64,000 bases of DNA from Candidatus Bathyarchaeota archaeon. GTDB taxonomy: Archaea; Thermoproteota; Bathyarchaeia; Bathyarchaeales; Bathycorpusculaceae. The stretch spans positions 96,001 to 160,000 of the forward strand of contig CAWFFH010000001.1 of assembly GCA_963815095.1 (NCBI GenBank), given 5' to 3'. A program made the translations under genes and the position numbers. Shown here piece by piece: positions 11,164 through 20,625 of the stretch. Below the pieces are notes generated by a model. That model had not been told where the DNA came from, did not search any database, and saw nothing but the letters and a program-made list of their open reading frames with translations. Within the stretch, counting starts at the first letter, position 1, and every line of letters starts with the position of its first letter.

Positions 11164-11999
11164 GTGAAGTTAACCTGCGCAAATCGCCCGCACGCTTTAG
11201 CATACCTAAACTTAGCTCCCGGGTTTGGTATGTTTGGCGCCGCAACTTAGATGTTTTCACTAAAACCATAAAAGTCAACTTTCTCCCATCCCTAATAGAG
11301 CCAATTATCTATCTGATTGCTTTCGGCTTTGGACTAGGTGGATTTATCCCAAGCATTAACGGTCAACCATACATCTATTTTCTTGGACCAGCTCTAGTAG
11401 CAATTGCCATTATGAACGGCTCTTTTTTTGAATGCACTTTCGCTTCGTTCGTGCGCATGTATTTCCAAAAAACCTTTGACGCAATCGTAGCCACACCCGT
11501 AAGTGTTGAGGAGGTCATTGCCGGTGAGCTTCTTTGGGGCGCAACAAGATCGACGATTAATGCAACAATCGTTTTGGCAGTGATTGCAGTCTTCGGATTA
11601 GTCACTAGTCCACTATTTTTCTTATTACCGATAATTGCGTTTTTTGGCGGATTGATGTTTGCGTCAATCGCCATGTGTTTCACTGCGATCGCTCCAAACA
11701 TCGATTTCTTTAACTACCCTTCATTCCTCTTCTTAACACCGATGCTTTTTCTAGCAGGCACTTTCTTCCCTTTAACTTCACCCTCTTTGCCTTCAAGCAT
11801 ACAAGGCATTGCAATGGCAATTCTGCCGCTAACACACATTGTTAACATAACTAGAGGAGTTGTTTCAGGTAACCCAGAACCAATCCTCGGCTTGAACCAA
11901 TCTATTTTGATACTGATAAGTTCAATTTGGGTAATTGCAGTTACAATATTCTTCTTCATTCTTAGCATCAACCTAATGAAAAAACGCTTAACGAACTAA
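11160..11999 (+). CDS. ABC-2 type permease (NodJ-like)
   Basis: About 6 TM helices, TPMLFLAGTFFP, LPLTH; 4-bp overlap with the ATPase gene. Confidence 0.88.
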   Translation: MSEVNLRKSPARFSIPKLSSRVWYVWRRNLDVFTKTIKVNFLPSLIEPIIYLIAFGFGLGGFIPSINGQPYIYFLGPALVAIAIMNGSFFECTFASFVRMYFQKTFDAIVATPVSVEEVIAGELLWGATRSTINATIVLAVIAVFGLVTSPLFFLLPIIAFFGGLMFASIAMCFTAIAPNIDFFNYPSFLFLTPMLFLAGTFFPLTSPSLPSSIQGIAMAILPLTHIVNITRGVVSGNPEPILGLNQSILILISSIWVIAVTIFFFILSINLMKKRLTN

Positions 12000-12094
12000 A
12001 CCGTTATGCCTTTAGCTTCTGCAATAATGAGGTAGTAAGCTGCTAAGCCTTTCCATCTGCCCCAAACTTTGAAGATTTCGCGAGCCTCCGCCAT
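11996..12094 (-). pseudogene. C-terminal remnant of an AlkA-type DNA-3-methyladenine glycosylase
   Basis: Reads MAEAREIFKVWGRWKGLAAYYLII..., matching the AlkA C-terminal WxxWxGxAxxYL pattern. The rest of the gene is absent. Confidence 0.55.
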
Positions 12095-12241
12095 CTTTAT
12101 AGGCTAAAGGACGCCACGCTTTAACGGTAAAAGTTTCAGCGAAAACCATCTCGTTTTCCTCGGATCCTTACGGCTGTTTTAGAGGTATTAAAGATTTTTA
12201 ACTTTAAAGTAGTATTGTAAGTCAACAAGAAGTGGGCAAAC

Positions 12242-12916
12242 ATGCGTTTAGTCATTCGAATAGGTGGTTCAGTTGTTGCATCACCGGTTAACACTGAACT
12301 CATGAGTAAATACTCTGAAATAATCAGAACCATAAAACAGCAGGGAAATGAGGTAGTTGTTGTTCTGGGCGGTGGTGCTTTAGCACGTGAATTCATTGGA
12401 ATCGCCAAAAACCTAGGGTTAGATATGAACGGGCAGGATGAGATTGCGATTTCTTGTTCACGTTTGTTCGCTCAGTTGTTCCTTAAAAAAATAGGCAATT
12501 TCGCATGCAACAAAGTTGCGGTGACGGTTGATGAAGCCGCGCAATGTTTGGAAGAAGGCAAAATAGTTGTAATGGGTGGTCTAAAACCTGGACTTACCAC
12601 CGACGCCGTTGCCACTTTGGTTGCTGAAAGAGTAAATGCGGATTTGCTGGTTAAAGGGACTGACCAAAACGGAGTTTACGATAAAGATCCAAGAAAATAT
12701 CCTGACGCAGTTAAGCTTGATAGGTTGTCGGTTGAGGATTTAGCTGAAATTTTTGAGCATAATGAGCATAAAGCGGGGATTCACCAGATTATTGATCCTG
12801 AAGCTATCAAAGTGCTAAAACGCAACCGGCTTAAGTTGGTTGTTGTAAATGGGTTTAAACCTGAAAATTTATTGGCAGCAATTAAAGGAGAGAATGTTGG
12901 TACAGTGATAAGCTAA
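12242..12916 (+). CDS. pyrH: UMP kinase
   Basis: IRIGGSV, GGGALAREFI, PGLTTDAVA, GVYDKDP. Confidence 0.93.
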   Translation: MRLVIRIGGSVVASPVNTELMSKYSEIIRTIKQQGNEVVVVLGGGALAREFIGIAKNLGLDMNGQDEIAISCSRLFAQLFLKKIGNFACNKVAVTVDEAAQCLEEGKIVVMGGLKPGLTTDAVATLVAERVNADLLVKGTDQNGVYDKDPRKYPDAVKLDRLSVEDLAEIFEHNEHKAGIHQIIDPEAIKVLKRNRLKLVVVNGFKPENLLAAIKGENVGTVIS

Positions 12917-12935
12917 ACTTATCCTGTTATAGCGG

Positions 12936-13277
12936 CTAAGCCCAACGGAATGGCCATTGTGATCTCTGAAAGAGTTCTGTTGAGAATACTTGGTAGTTTT
13001 TTATTTTTGGGGGGGTGTCAATTGAATCTTGGACTCTTTTGAGGGCTTGAGAAAATACGTCTTTTTCAGACCTTTCCAACGCCTCTTTATCTATCCAAAG
13101 TGTTAGGATTGTTACAGTGTTCGGGTCGTCATTGTCGAGCAGTGAAATGGCACCTCGGAAACCTTCGGTTTGATGCGCTAAAGTATTGAGAATGATATCG
13201 AGTTCTGAGAAACCTTTTTCTCTATTACCTTCCTTGAAATGCCATACAGTCATTCTGGCTAGGACCAAAAAATTCAC
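12936..13277 (-). CDS. Antibiotic biosynthesis monooxygenase (ABM)-like protein
   Basis: EGFRGAISL...ILTLWIDKEAL dimeric barrel pattern. Confidence 0.6.
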   Translation of the reverse strand: MNFLVLARMTVWHFKEGNREKGFSELDIILNTLAHQTEGFRGAISLLDNDDPNTVTILTLWIDKEALERSEKDVFSQALKRVQDSIDTPPKIKNYQVFSTELFQRSQWPFRWA

Positions 13278-13538
13278 CTAAAACAATTTAGTGTTTCTTT
13301 CATATATACTTAACATTATATTTTGATAGGCGATACCCCAAAAACTATAGTTACAACCAAAAGCGCTAAAAAGAGATCCATTCTAATTACAAAAAATGAC
13401 GAAAAAATTTAAACTAGTTATAAGAACCGAAAAATACCAAAAAGAATACGCAAAAAATAGAATAAATCATCTTATGGTAGAAGTTACACTTTTAAGCAAG
13501 CTAAACATATTTTTTTCAAGTCCAATGAGGTTTAGTGC

Positions 13539-13844
13539 TTGGGAAAGAAAAAAGTGTTAAGCGAAGGCGCAATCGGCGAATTAGTCTATCCTGGACAAGG
13601 CGAAGTCCTGGGAGTAGTAACGAAACTGCTTGGCTTCGACCGCATACTTGTTAAGTGTCAAGATGGTGCGGAACGTTTATGCCGAATTCGGGGGAAAATG
13701 AAGCGGCGCGTATGGATTCGTGAAGGCGATATCGTTATTGTTTCTCCTTGGGAGTTCCAGACAGATAAACGCGGCGACGTTGTTTGGCGTTATACACATT
13801 CCCAGTCTGACACGCTTAGGCGCAAGGGCATTTTAACCCTTTAA
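13539..13844 (+). CDS. eif1a: Translation initiation factor aIF-1A
   Basis: RLCRIRGKMKRRVWIREGDIVIV, DVVWRYT. Confidence 0.95.
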   Translation: MGKKKVLSEGAIGELVYPGQGEVLGVVTKLLGFDRILVKCQDGAERLCRIRGKMKRRVWIREGDIVIVSPWEFQTDKRGDVVWRYTHSQSDTLRRKGILTL

Positions 13845-14017
13845 TTTTCAGTTTATTTTGTTTTCTATTGATTTATAACTTGCTAAGGGCTGTTGAAATC
13901 GTCAATATAACCTGCCGTTTAGGGTTCTGCATGGAACAATTATTAGGATCTGGTCGCGAACTAATTTTTTTACTCGACTGGTTTTAATACCCTCAAGCCG
14001 TTACATGCTTGATATTA

Positions 14018-14803
14018 ATGTCTGGAAAAGCTCAGGAACGTATAGCCCATACTGAACGCAGAATAGAACGCCGAGATAAAATGCTAAACCACGATAAATC
14101 CAAAGAACGCGCCACCGTTGAAGAAGTTTTCGATCAGACCACCCGTATGGTAGTTTTTGATATGCTCAACAGCGGTATTCTCTATGAGCTAAACGGTGCT
14201 GTGAGTTCAGGCAAAGAAGCGAAAGTGTACTGGGGTACAACCAAGGAAGGCGTCGATTTGGCCGTAAAAATTTATTTGACGTCTTCTGCTGAGTTCAAGA
14301 AGGGTATGCACAAATACATCGAAGGCGACCCTCGTTTCAAAGATGTGAAACATGATACTCGCTCATTGATGGCCGTTTGGGCTCAGAAAGAGTTTCGCAA
14401 TTTGGGGGAAGCTGATGCAGCAAACGTACGTGTTCCAAAACCCATCGCCGTCAAAAGCAATATTGTAGTTATGGAGTTTATAGGCGCGAAAGGAGTTAGT
14501 GCGCCCTCATTAAAGGAGCAGCCGCCAGATAACCCCGAAAAAGTCTACAAAATAATCGTAACATATATCAAGAATCTCTACAAAAAAGCTAAAATTGTCC
14601 ACGGCGACCTTAGCGAATACAATATTATGATGTGGAAGGGCAAACCGGTGGTTTTTGATGTGTCGCAATCTGTTTCAATTCAGCATCCGATGGCTGACTT
14701 TATGCTGCGCCGCGATTTGGAAAATGTGAATAGGTTCTTTAAGCGGTTAGACGTAGATATTATCCCAGTTGAAGAATTATACAAAAAGGTTGTTGGTAAA
14801 TAA
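14018..14803 (+). CDS. rio1: RIO1 family Ser/Thr kinase
   Basis: SGKEAKVY, AVKIY, WAQKEFRNL, VHGDLSEYN, FDVSQSV. Confidence 0.93.
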   Translation: MSGKAQERIAHTERRIERRDKMLNHDKSKERATVEEVFDQTTRMVVFDMLNSGILYELNGAVSSGKEAKVYWGTTKEGVDLAVKIYLTSSAEFKKGMHKYIEGDPRFKDVKHDTRSLMAVWAQKEFRNLGEADAANVRVPKPIAVKSNIVVMEFIGAKGVSAPSLKEQPPDNPEKVYKIIVTYIKNLYKKAKIVHGDLSEYNIMMWKGKPVVFDVSQSVSIQHPMADFMLRRDLENVNRFFKRLDVDIIPVEELYKKVVGK

Positions 14804-15375
14804 TGCCTGGTCCAGATACTTTTGTAAAGATTCCTAAAGAACGCGTCGGCATACTGATTGGTCCCGACGGCAAAGTGAAAAAGGAAATAGAAACCAAACT
14901 AAACGTCAAATTGGACATTGACAAAGAAGGTAGCGTCACCATAAAGCTTCCAGAAAACATACCTGACCCATCCGTTTTTCTAAGAGCCAAAGACATAGTC
15001 ACAGCCATCGGAAGAGGTTTCAACCCTGAAACGGCTTTCCGTCTCCTACGCAACGAAGACGACATATTCGATATGATAGATCTCCGCCTGATTTTTGGTC
15101 GATCCGAATCCGACATAACACGCGTGAAAAGTAGAATCATCGGTGCCGACGGTAAAACCCGCAAACTAATTGAGGAACTTACAGAAGCTGACGTGGTTGT
15201 TTATGGTCATACTATAGGGATTATCGGCAGCTTCGAAGAGGCTGATGCGGCACGCAATGCAGTACAAATGATTGTTGAAGGTTGCCAACACCATACCGTC
15301 TATAGTTACCTGCAGAAGAAACGCACAGAGCTCAAGAAGCAGAAGCTTGAACTGTGGGAAAAGAAGCCAGAATAA
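14803..15375 (+). CDS. KH-domain RNA-processing protein (Dim2/Pno1-like)
   Basis: GILIGPDG, AIGRGF, RIIGADGKTR; conserved aIF-1A-RIO1-KH operon. Confidence 0.92.
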   Translation: MPGPDTFVKIPKERVGILIGPDGKVKKEIETKLNVKLDIDKEGSVTIKLPENIPDPSVFLRAKDIVTAIGRGFNPETAFRLLRNEDDIFDMIDLRLIFGRSESDITRVKSRIIGADGKTRKLIEELTEADVVVYGHTIGIIGSFEEADAARNAVQMIVEGCQHHTVYSYLQKKRTELKKQKLELWEKKPE

Positions 15376-15447
15376 AAAAACATTTTTTTTAACCTCTTTT
15401 TTGCTGTAAATACTAAGTACTGTTAGCTAAGCATATTTCAGCTGAGT

Positions 15448-16185
15448 ATGTTTCAAGCATCTAAATCCAAAAAAGTTCTCTTTTTTATAGCCGTCATCAT
15501 CATCGTCTTATTAAAATATCTATACCTTTTCTGGTCCTGATTTCGCCTCTACTCACTTTCAATTATTATCAGGCATTCTGGATTTTTGATATCTTGCAAT
15601 TCATTCTTTTACCGATTATGGCGTTTTTGCTCTATACTGTTTTTGAAAAAGAGCATCCACTATGCTTTGGTGGTTTTGGTGGCTGTGCTGTTGTTGCCAT
15701 ATCCAATGGAGGGCAGAGGTTTGTCAGTTAGTTATTTTATGAGTTGGGCTGAAGGTTAAGCCAAAATATTTCTCTCTTTTCTTCTGCTGCTTTCATTCTA
15801 TCTGGGGTATAAGGGTAAAGCAGGTTTGTCCGGTGTCGTTTTTGCATTGGGCGCATTTGACCAAGGTTCGCGGTTTGGCGTTTCCCCTCTTTGGCTTCTA
15901 CAATAAGGGAAAACTAAAAGCGGCATTTGTCCCAATGGTCGAGGTTCTTGTTGCGTTTAATGCAATCGTATTTTATCCTGGAACAGCTAAGGTTTCGTAG
16001 GAATGGTTTTTGGTTCAGACACTACCACACCATTTTTTAATGCCAACCTAGATACCTGCTATAATGTTAGCTTGTTTCTTTGCGGTAAACGCGGGGGAAT
16101 AGGTGGTAGAGTTAAAGGAAAATGTAAAGATTATTTTAAGTAAAGCCAAAAATGTTGAGTTAGGTGAGCTCTTAGACGTTAACTA
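15448..16185 (+). pseudogene. Degraded polytopic membrane protein (possibly GT87/DUF2029-like)
   Basis: Hydrophobic fragments (AFWIFDILQFILLP, EG*AKIFLSFLLLLSFYLG, LGAFD) broken by stops and frameshifts. Confidence 0.4.
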
Positions 16186-16223
16186 AACATTCAAGTCAAG
16201 CCTGAAAGTTGTCATTGTTACCG

Positions 16224-16285
16224 TCGTTCGCACTCAAGATCCCTATCATCCTTACGTCTTCGGGGCCAGACTCGTCATCGCCCAC
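16224..16285 (-). ncRNA. Candidate box C/D guide sRNA
   Basis: Minus strand: C box GCGATGA, guide, D' CCGA, C' GGATGA, guide GGGATCTTGAGT, D GCGA. TTTAAA at 16312-16317 lies upstream. Confidence 0.6.
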
Positions 16286-16409
16286 CCAACCACAAAACGG
16301 TTTCAACAGCCTTTAAACATTCAGGTAACTTCGCAACAATTATTGTTAATGAGGCGTTAAAGTTAAAGGGTGCAAAGTAATCTCTTCCATAAAAAGCTAA
16401 AGTGAACAT

Positions 16410-16958
16410 ATGCCGTTTTGCCGAAAATGTGGACGTAGACTCGTTGAGTATTCAGAACGTTGCTCGGACTGTGGAACATCTACCACCGCTCCATTGATCA
16501 AAATAAAGAAAGCACCAACCGCCTACATGGACAAGACTGGTGCTCCAGAGAGGGTAGCTAAGGCTATTGTCCCCGTTGAAATCATTTCTTTTTCCAAAAA
16601 GATCCCGAAAAATTCACTTAAATCAGTTACATCAACTAAATCAGTTAAGACTCTTGTTCCAGCTAAATCTATTTCCATAGCTAAACCAATTATCGCGGCT
16701 AAACCTTTTACTCCAGCTAAGATTTACCCTGAACATGAAATCATAAAAAGTAAAGTATCCCTCAAAGAAGACCTGGCCGCCAATCCTCAAGATTACGAGA
16801 CGCAAACTTTCGGTTTTGATTTAAACTGTCCAAACGGGCATTTTTGGTCAGCCGGTAAAGCCCTCCCTGTATCAAATGGAAAAGCGTTATGTCTCAAATG
16901 TGGTGAAATGCTAAGAAAACCGAAACCCAACAAGCATCAAAAATATCGTAGATTCTAA
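16410..16958 (+). CDS. Double zinc-ribbon protein with low-complexity K/P/A linker
   Basis: N-terminal CRKCG...CSDCG; C-terminal CPNGH...CLKCG. Confidence 0.7.
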   Translation: MPFCRKCGRRLVEYSERCSDCGTSTTAPLIKIKKAPTAYMDKTGAPERVAKAIVPVEIISFSKKIPKNSLKSVTSTKSVKTLVPAKSISIAKPIIAAKPFTPAKIYPEHEIIKSKVSLKEDLAANPQDYETQTFGFDLNCPNGHFWSAGKALPVSNGKALCLKCGEMLRKPKPNKHQKYRRF

Positions 16959-17049
16959 TCACCTAATTTCTAGAAAATAATCTTTTACCAAACCAAACAG
17001 CTTTCCACCAACATTAAAAACAGTTCCTGAACAAGAATAATGGGGAACG

Positions 17050-17619
17050 TTAAAGTTTAACGCTGATTTCTACGCCGTCTTCGCCAACTTTGATGTAGCG
17101 ACTCTTGAATTTGCCTGAGTTGCGAACGTACTCCAAGTAGTCGCCCATCTGTTCAGCGAAGAATCCTGCGTTATCCGCAAAGACAACTGCACCCTTCCGT
17201 AACTTGCCTTCAGCCAACTTGAGGTAATGGAAGTACTCACTTTTCTCGGCATCAATGAAGGCAAAATCAAAAATGTCTTTCAATGTGGGAATTACTTGCA
17301 AAGCATCACCAGTTATGATTTTGACATTTGCAGGAATATTTGCTTTTACGATGTTTTTTCCTGCTAACTCCGCTTCATCGCGATGGATTTCTATGGTCAC
17401 TATTTCGGCTTTGTCATCGAGTTCTTTGCCCATTAGGATCGCTGAGTAACCAATCAATGTTCCAACCTCCAAAACATGTCGCGGCTTTGCCTTTCGCACT
17501 TCCTCCACAAGAAGCTTTCCTTTGTGAGGTCCAATGATTGGTAGAAAATTTTTCTCGGAGGCTTTTTCAATTAGCTGCAAAACCTCATCCGCATTGCTCA
17601 TAGTTGTTTGGGAGCTCAT
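17050..17619 (-). CDS. O-methyltransferase (Methyltransf_3 / caffeoyl-CoA OMT-like)
   Basis: VLEVGTLIGYSA, FDFAFIDAEK, FADN. Confidence 0.88.
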   Translation of the reverse strand: MSSQTTMSNADEVLQLIEKASEKNFLPIIGPHKGKLLVEEVRKAKPRHVLEVGTLIGYSAILMGKELDDKAEIVTIEIHRDEAELAGKNIVKANIPANVKIITGDALQVIPTLKDIFDFAFIDAEKSEYFHYLKLAEGKLRKGAVVFADNAGFFAEQMGDYLEYVRNSGKFKSRYIKVGEDGVEISVKL

Positions 17620-18197
17620 AGGGGTACCTTGATTTTATCTATAAATCGATGTTGTAGCTTGGCGATTTTTGGGGCGATGACTGCTTGGCAGTAGGGTTCT
17701 TTTGGGTGTTTTTTGAAGTAGTCTTTATGGTAGGTTTCAGCGTTATAAAATACTTTAAGCGGCACAATTTCGGTTACCATGGGTTTGTTCCAGATGCCTT
17801 CCTTGGTTAGTTCATCGATTAGTTGTTCTGCAGTGTCTTTTTGTTCTTGGTTGTGGTAAAAAATAGCAGAGCGGTATTGGGTTCCTACATCTGCGCCTTG
17901 GCGGTTGAGTGAGGTTGGGTCATGCATGGTGAAGAAAATTTCCAGGATTTCTTTATAGCTAATGACTTTGGGGTCAAAGAAGATCTGCGCAGCCTCAGCA
18001 TGCCCGGTTGTTCCTGCCGAAACCTCTTCGTATGTTGGGTTAGGCACTGTGCCGCCGGTGTAGCCTGGCTCAATGCGTTCGACGCCTTTCATGATGTTAA
18101 ACGCGGCTTCGGTGCACCAGAAGCAGCCGCCGGCAAGAGTTGCTACCTCCAAGTTTTTGTTTTCGTTGGATTGACTCATAAAAACAGCCTTATTCAT
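17616..18197 (-). CDS. msrA: Peptide-methionine (S)-S-oxide reductase
   Basis: AGGCFWC, GHAEA, RQGADVGTQYRS, AETYHKDY. Confidence 0.95.
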   Translation of the reverse strand: MNKAVFMSQSNENKNLEVATLAGGCFWCTEAAFNIMKGVERIEPGYTGGTVPNPTYEEVSAGTTGHAEAAQIFFDPKVISYKEILEIFFTMHDPTSLNRQGADVGTQYRSAIFYHNQEQKDTAEQLIDELTKEGIWNKPMVTEIVPLKVFYNAETYHKDYFKKHPKEPYCQAVIAPKIAKLQHRFIDKIKVPL

Positions 18198-18261
18198 ATT
18201 ATCATAGGAAGCTTTTACAACTTAAAGAGTTGTGACTGTCAGGACGCTGTCACTAAACGGC

Positions 18262-18705
18262 TTAGGAGAATGCTCCAGCCGCATTAGGCGCGTTCTCAGG
18301 CACCATTTGAGTGACATCCCAATACTCAACAATCTTGTCTCCTCTGAAACGGAAAAGATGAACTTGCCTCAAACCTCCATCACTTGGTTTAGAACTTGCC
18401 AGTTGAGTATGAACCGCAACCACATCTCCGTCAGCAATGACTTGCCTGATTATGAGCTTAAAGTCAGCTTTCGACCCCTTGAATATTCCTTCTGAGCCTT
18501 GTTTCTGCACTGCAATCATGCCATCAATTAATTCGGCTATGCCTCCAGCAATGTATGGATTATGGGTTTCACATTCAGGATCAAAGAAAAGCAATCCATC
18601 CTTTGGTTTACCTGAACCTACTAAATTCAAAAATTCGACCGCAATATCCTTACGGACTTTATATGGGTCATTTTGTGGCACGTCAAAAACAGATTTACCT
18701 ATCAT
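18262..18705 (-). CDS. SnoaL/NTF2-like protein
   Basis: HNP...IADGDVVAVH...HLFRFRGDKIVEYWD. Confidence 0.85.
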   Translation of the reverse strand: MIGKSVFDVPQNDPYKVRKDIAVEFLNLVGSGKPKDGLLFFDPECETHNPYIAGGIAELIDGMIAVQKQGSEGIFKGSKADFKLIIRQVIADGDVVAVHTQLASSKPSDGGLRQVHLFRFRGDKIVEYWDVTQMVPENAPNAAGAFS

Positions 18706-18859
18706 AAATATACCTAAAAAAGCTGGTTAAAGTAAATATTTAAACATATTGACTAACCTTCTATCTAAAATGATTTTTCAAGACTTGTAAGAACCAGCAC
18801 AATCCATTTTACCTCCTGAAACTTAGTCAACTAGCACGAATTCCCATGAGACTGCGGTT

Positions 18860-19864
18860 ATGGAAAAAGCTAAAAGCTATAATTCATTGAACAAGATTAA
18901 TGTGACTCCGTTAGCGGCAGAAAGCTTTGGCGTCCGCTCAATGTGCACTCTTGTCGAAACTTCTGATGTTGCTGTGCTTTTGGATGGGGGCATCTCTTTG
19001 GCACCTTACCGTTTTAACCTGCCGCCGCACCCCCTCGAATTCCAAACCATCGCTCAACTACGCAAAACCTTAGCTGAAGCCGCCGACAGGGCGACTGTTG
19101 CCACCATTAGCCATTACCACTTCGACCACCACACTCCTTCCTTTGAGGACTGGGTTGTTAATTGGACCGAAGATGGCGAAACCGCTCGCCAGATCTACCA
19201 AAATAAAACTATCTTGGCAAAGAATCCTGAAGAAAATATCAATGATAGCCAACGACAGCGTGCATGGATGTTTCAGAAGACTGCTGGAAAATATGCCAAA
19301 GCCTTCGAAGCTGCGGATGGCAAAACATTTGCTTTTGGAAAAACCACTTTGCGTTTTTCGGAGGCTGTAGTTCACGGTTCTGATGATTCGATGTTGGGCT
19401 GGGTCATAATGGTGGTCGTGGAATATAGCGACGAGAGATTTATGTTTGCTCCCGACATTCAGGGACCAATGTCAACTCATTCTTTGGACTTGATTTTAGA
19501 TTCAAAACCCAATGTGATTATGTTAGGTGGCCCCCCGTTGTATCTAGGCGGATTCCGCGTTGAATTGAAGCATCTGGAGCAAGGTTTGAGGAATCTCGAG
19601 CACATTGTTGAAGTGGTGCCCACAGTGATTTTGGAACATCATGCTTTGAGGGATGAATCGTGGAAGTCGAAAATGGAATCGGTTTTTCAAAAGGCTTCTC
19701 AGTCAGGACACAGCATTTTAACGGCTGCAGAGTTTGCAGGAAAAGAAAATCTATTTTTAGAAGCGAAACGAAAACAACTCTACCACGATCAGCCCCCCTC
19801 TGAAGAATTCAAGCAATGGATGAAAACATTAAACGACAAAAAAATCGTTAAACCCCCAATCTAA
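18860..19864 (+). CDS. UPF0282-family metallo-beta-lactamase-fold hydrolase
   Basis: AAESFGVRSM, ISHYHFDHH, DIQGP, LEHHALRD. Confidence 0.85.
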   Translation: MEKAKSYNSLNKINVTPLAAESFGVRSMCTLVETSDVAVLLDGGISLAPYRFNLPPHPLEFQTIAQLRKTLAEAADRATVATISHYHFDHHTPSFEDWVVNWTEDGETARQIYQNKTILAKNPEENINDSQRQRAWMFQKTAGKYAKAFEAADGKTFAFGKTTLRFSEAVVHGSDDSMLGWVIMVVVEYSDERFMFAPDIQGPMSTHSLDLILDSKPNVIMLGGPPLYLGGFRVELKHLEQGLRNLEHIVEVVPTVILEHHALRDESWKSKMESVFQKASQSGHSILTAAEFAGKENLFLEAKRKQLYHDQPPSEEFKQWMKTLNDKKIVKPPI

Positions 19865-19915
19865 CCATCAGATTAGGGGAAAGCGAAATAAATAAGCAAA
19901 CAAAAACTAACCTTG

Positions 19916-20617
19916 ATGTTTGAATTAAGCTTCGCCGCCTTCGTGGCTTCCTTAGCACTCGTTTTCTTGGCAGAGATGGGTGATAAAACCAAGTTTTAGC
20001 CATGACATTAGCCACAAATACAACCTCTACAAAGTCATCTTCGCAATCTTCTTGGCAACCTTAGCCAACTTTGCCATTGTAATAGTTATAGGTCAACTAA
20101 TAACGACAATTGTGCCGAAGATGCAATTTCATTAGCATCATCAATCGCTTTCATCGGATTTGGGATTTGGATGTGGCGAGAAGAAAAGTCTGAAGAAGCA
20201 AACATTAAGGCTTCACGTTTCGGCATTGTTGCTGCTGTCGGTATCGCATTTTTTGTCGCTGAGTTTGGGGACAAGACGCAACTTGCAACACTGAGTTTAG
20301 CTGCGCAATACCAAAGTCCCCTAAGCGTTCTATTCGGAGCAACATTAGCGATTCTCCTTGCTGATGGAATCGGAATAATAATTGGTGCTGTCTTTTGCAG
20401 GAGGATTCCTCAGCACAAACTCAAATGGTTATCAGCAATTATCTTTGTCTTGTTTGGGTTGGTTGGTGTTTATGAGGTTTTGTCAAATAGCATTGGTTTG
20501 GATTATACAGCTGTAATTTTGTCTGGACTCACTGTTGTTTCTGTTTGTACAATGTACACTGTTGCGAAGAGGCAAAAACCAACCGAAGAGCCCAAACAAT
20601 GCAAAAAGGCGCCTTAA
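19916..20617 (+). CDS. TMEM165/GDT1 (UPF0016) Mn/Ca transporter, frameshifted 5' half
   Basis: Two ExGDKT motifs: EMGDKT near 19973 and EFGDKTQL in ORF 20171-20617. Confidence 0.85.
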
Positions 20618-20625
20618 GTGCCGCT

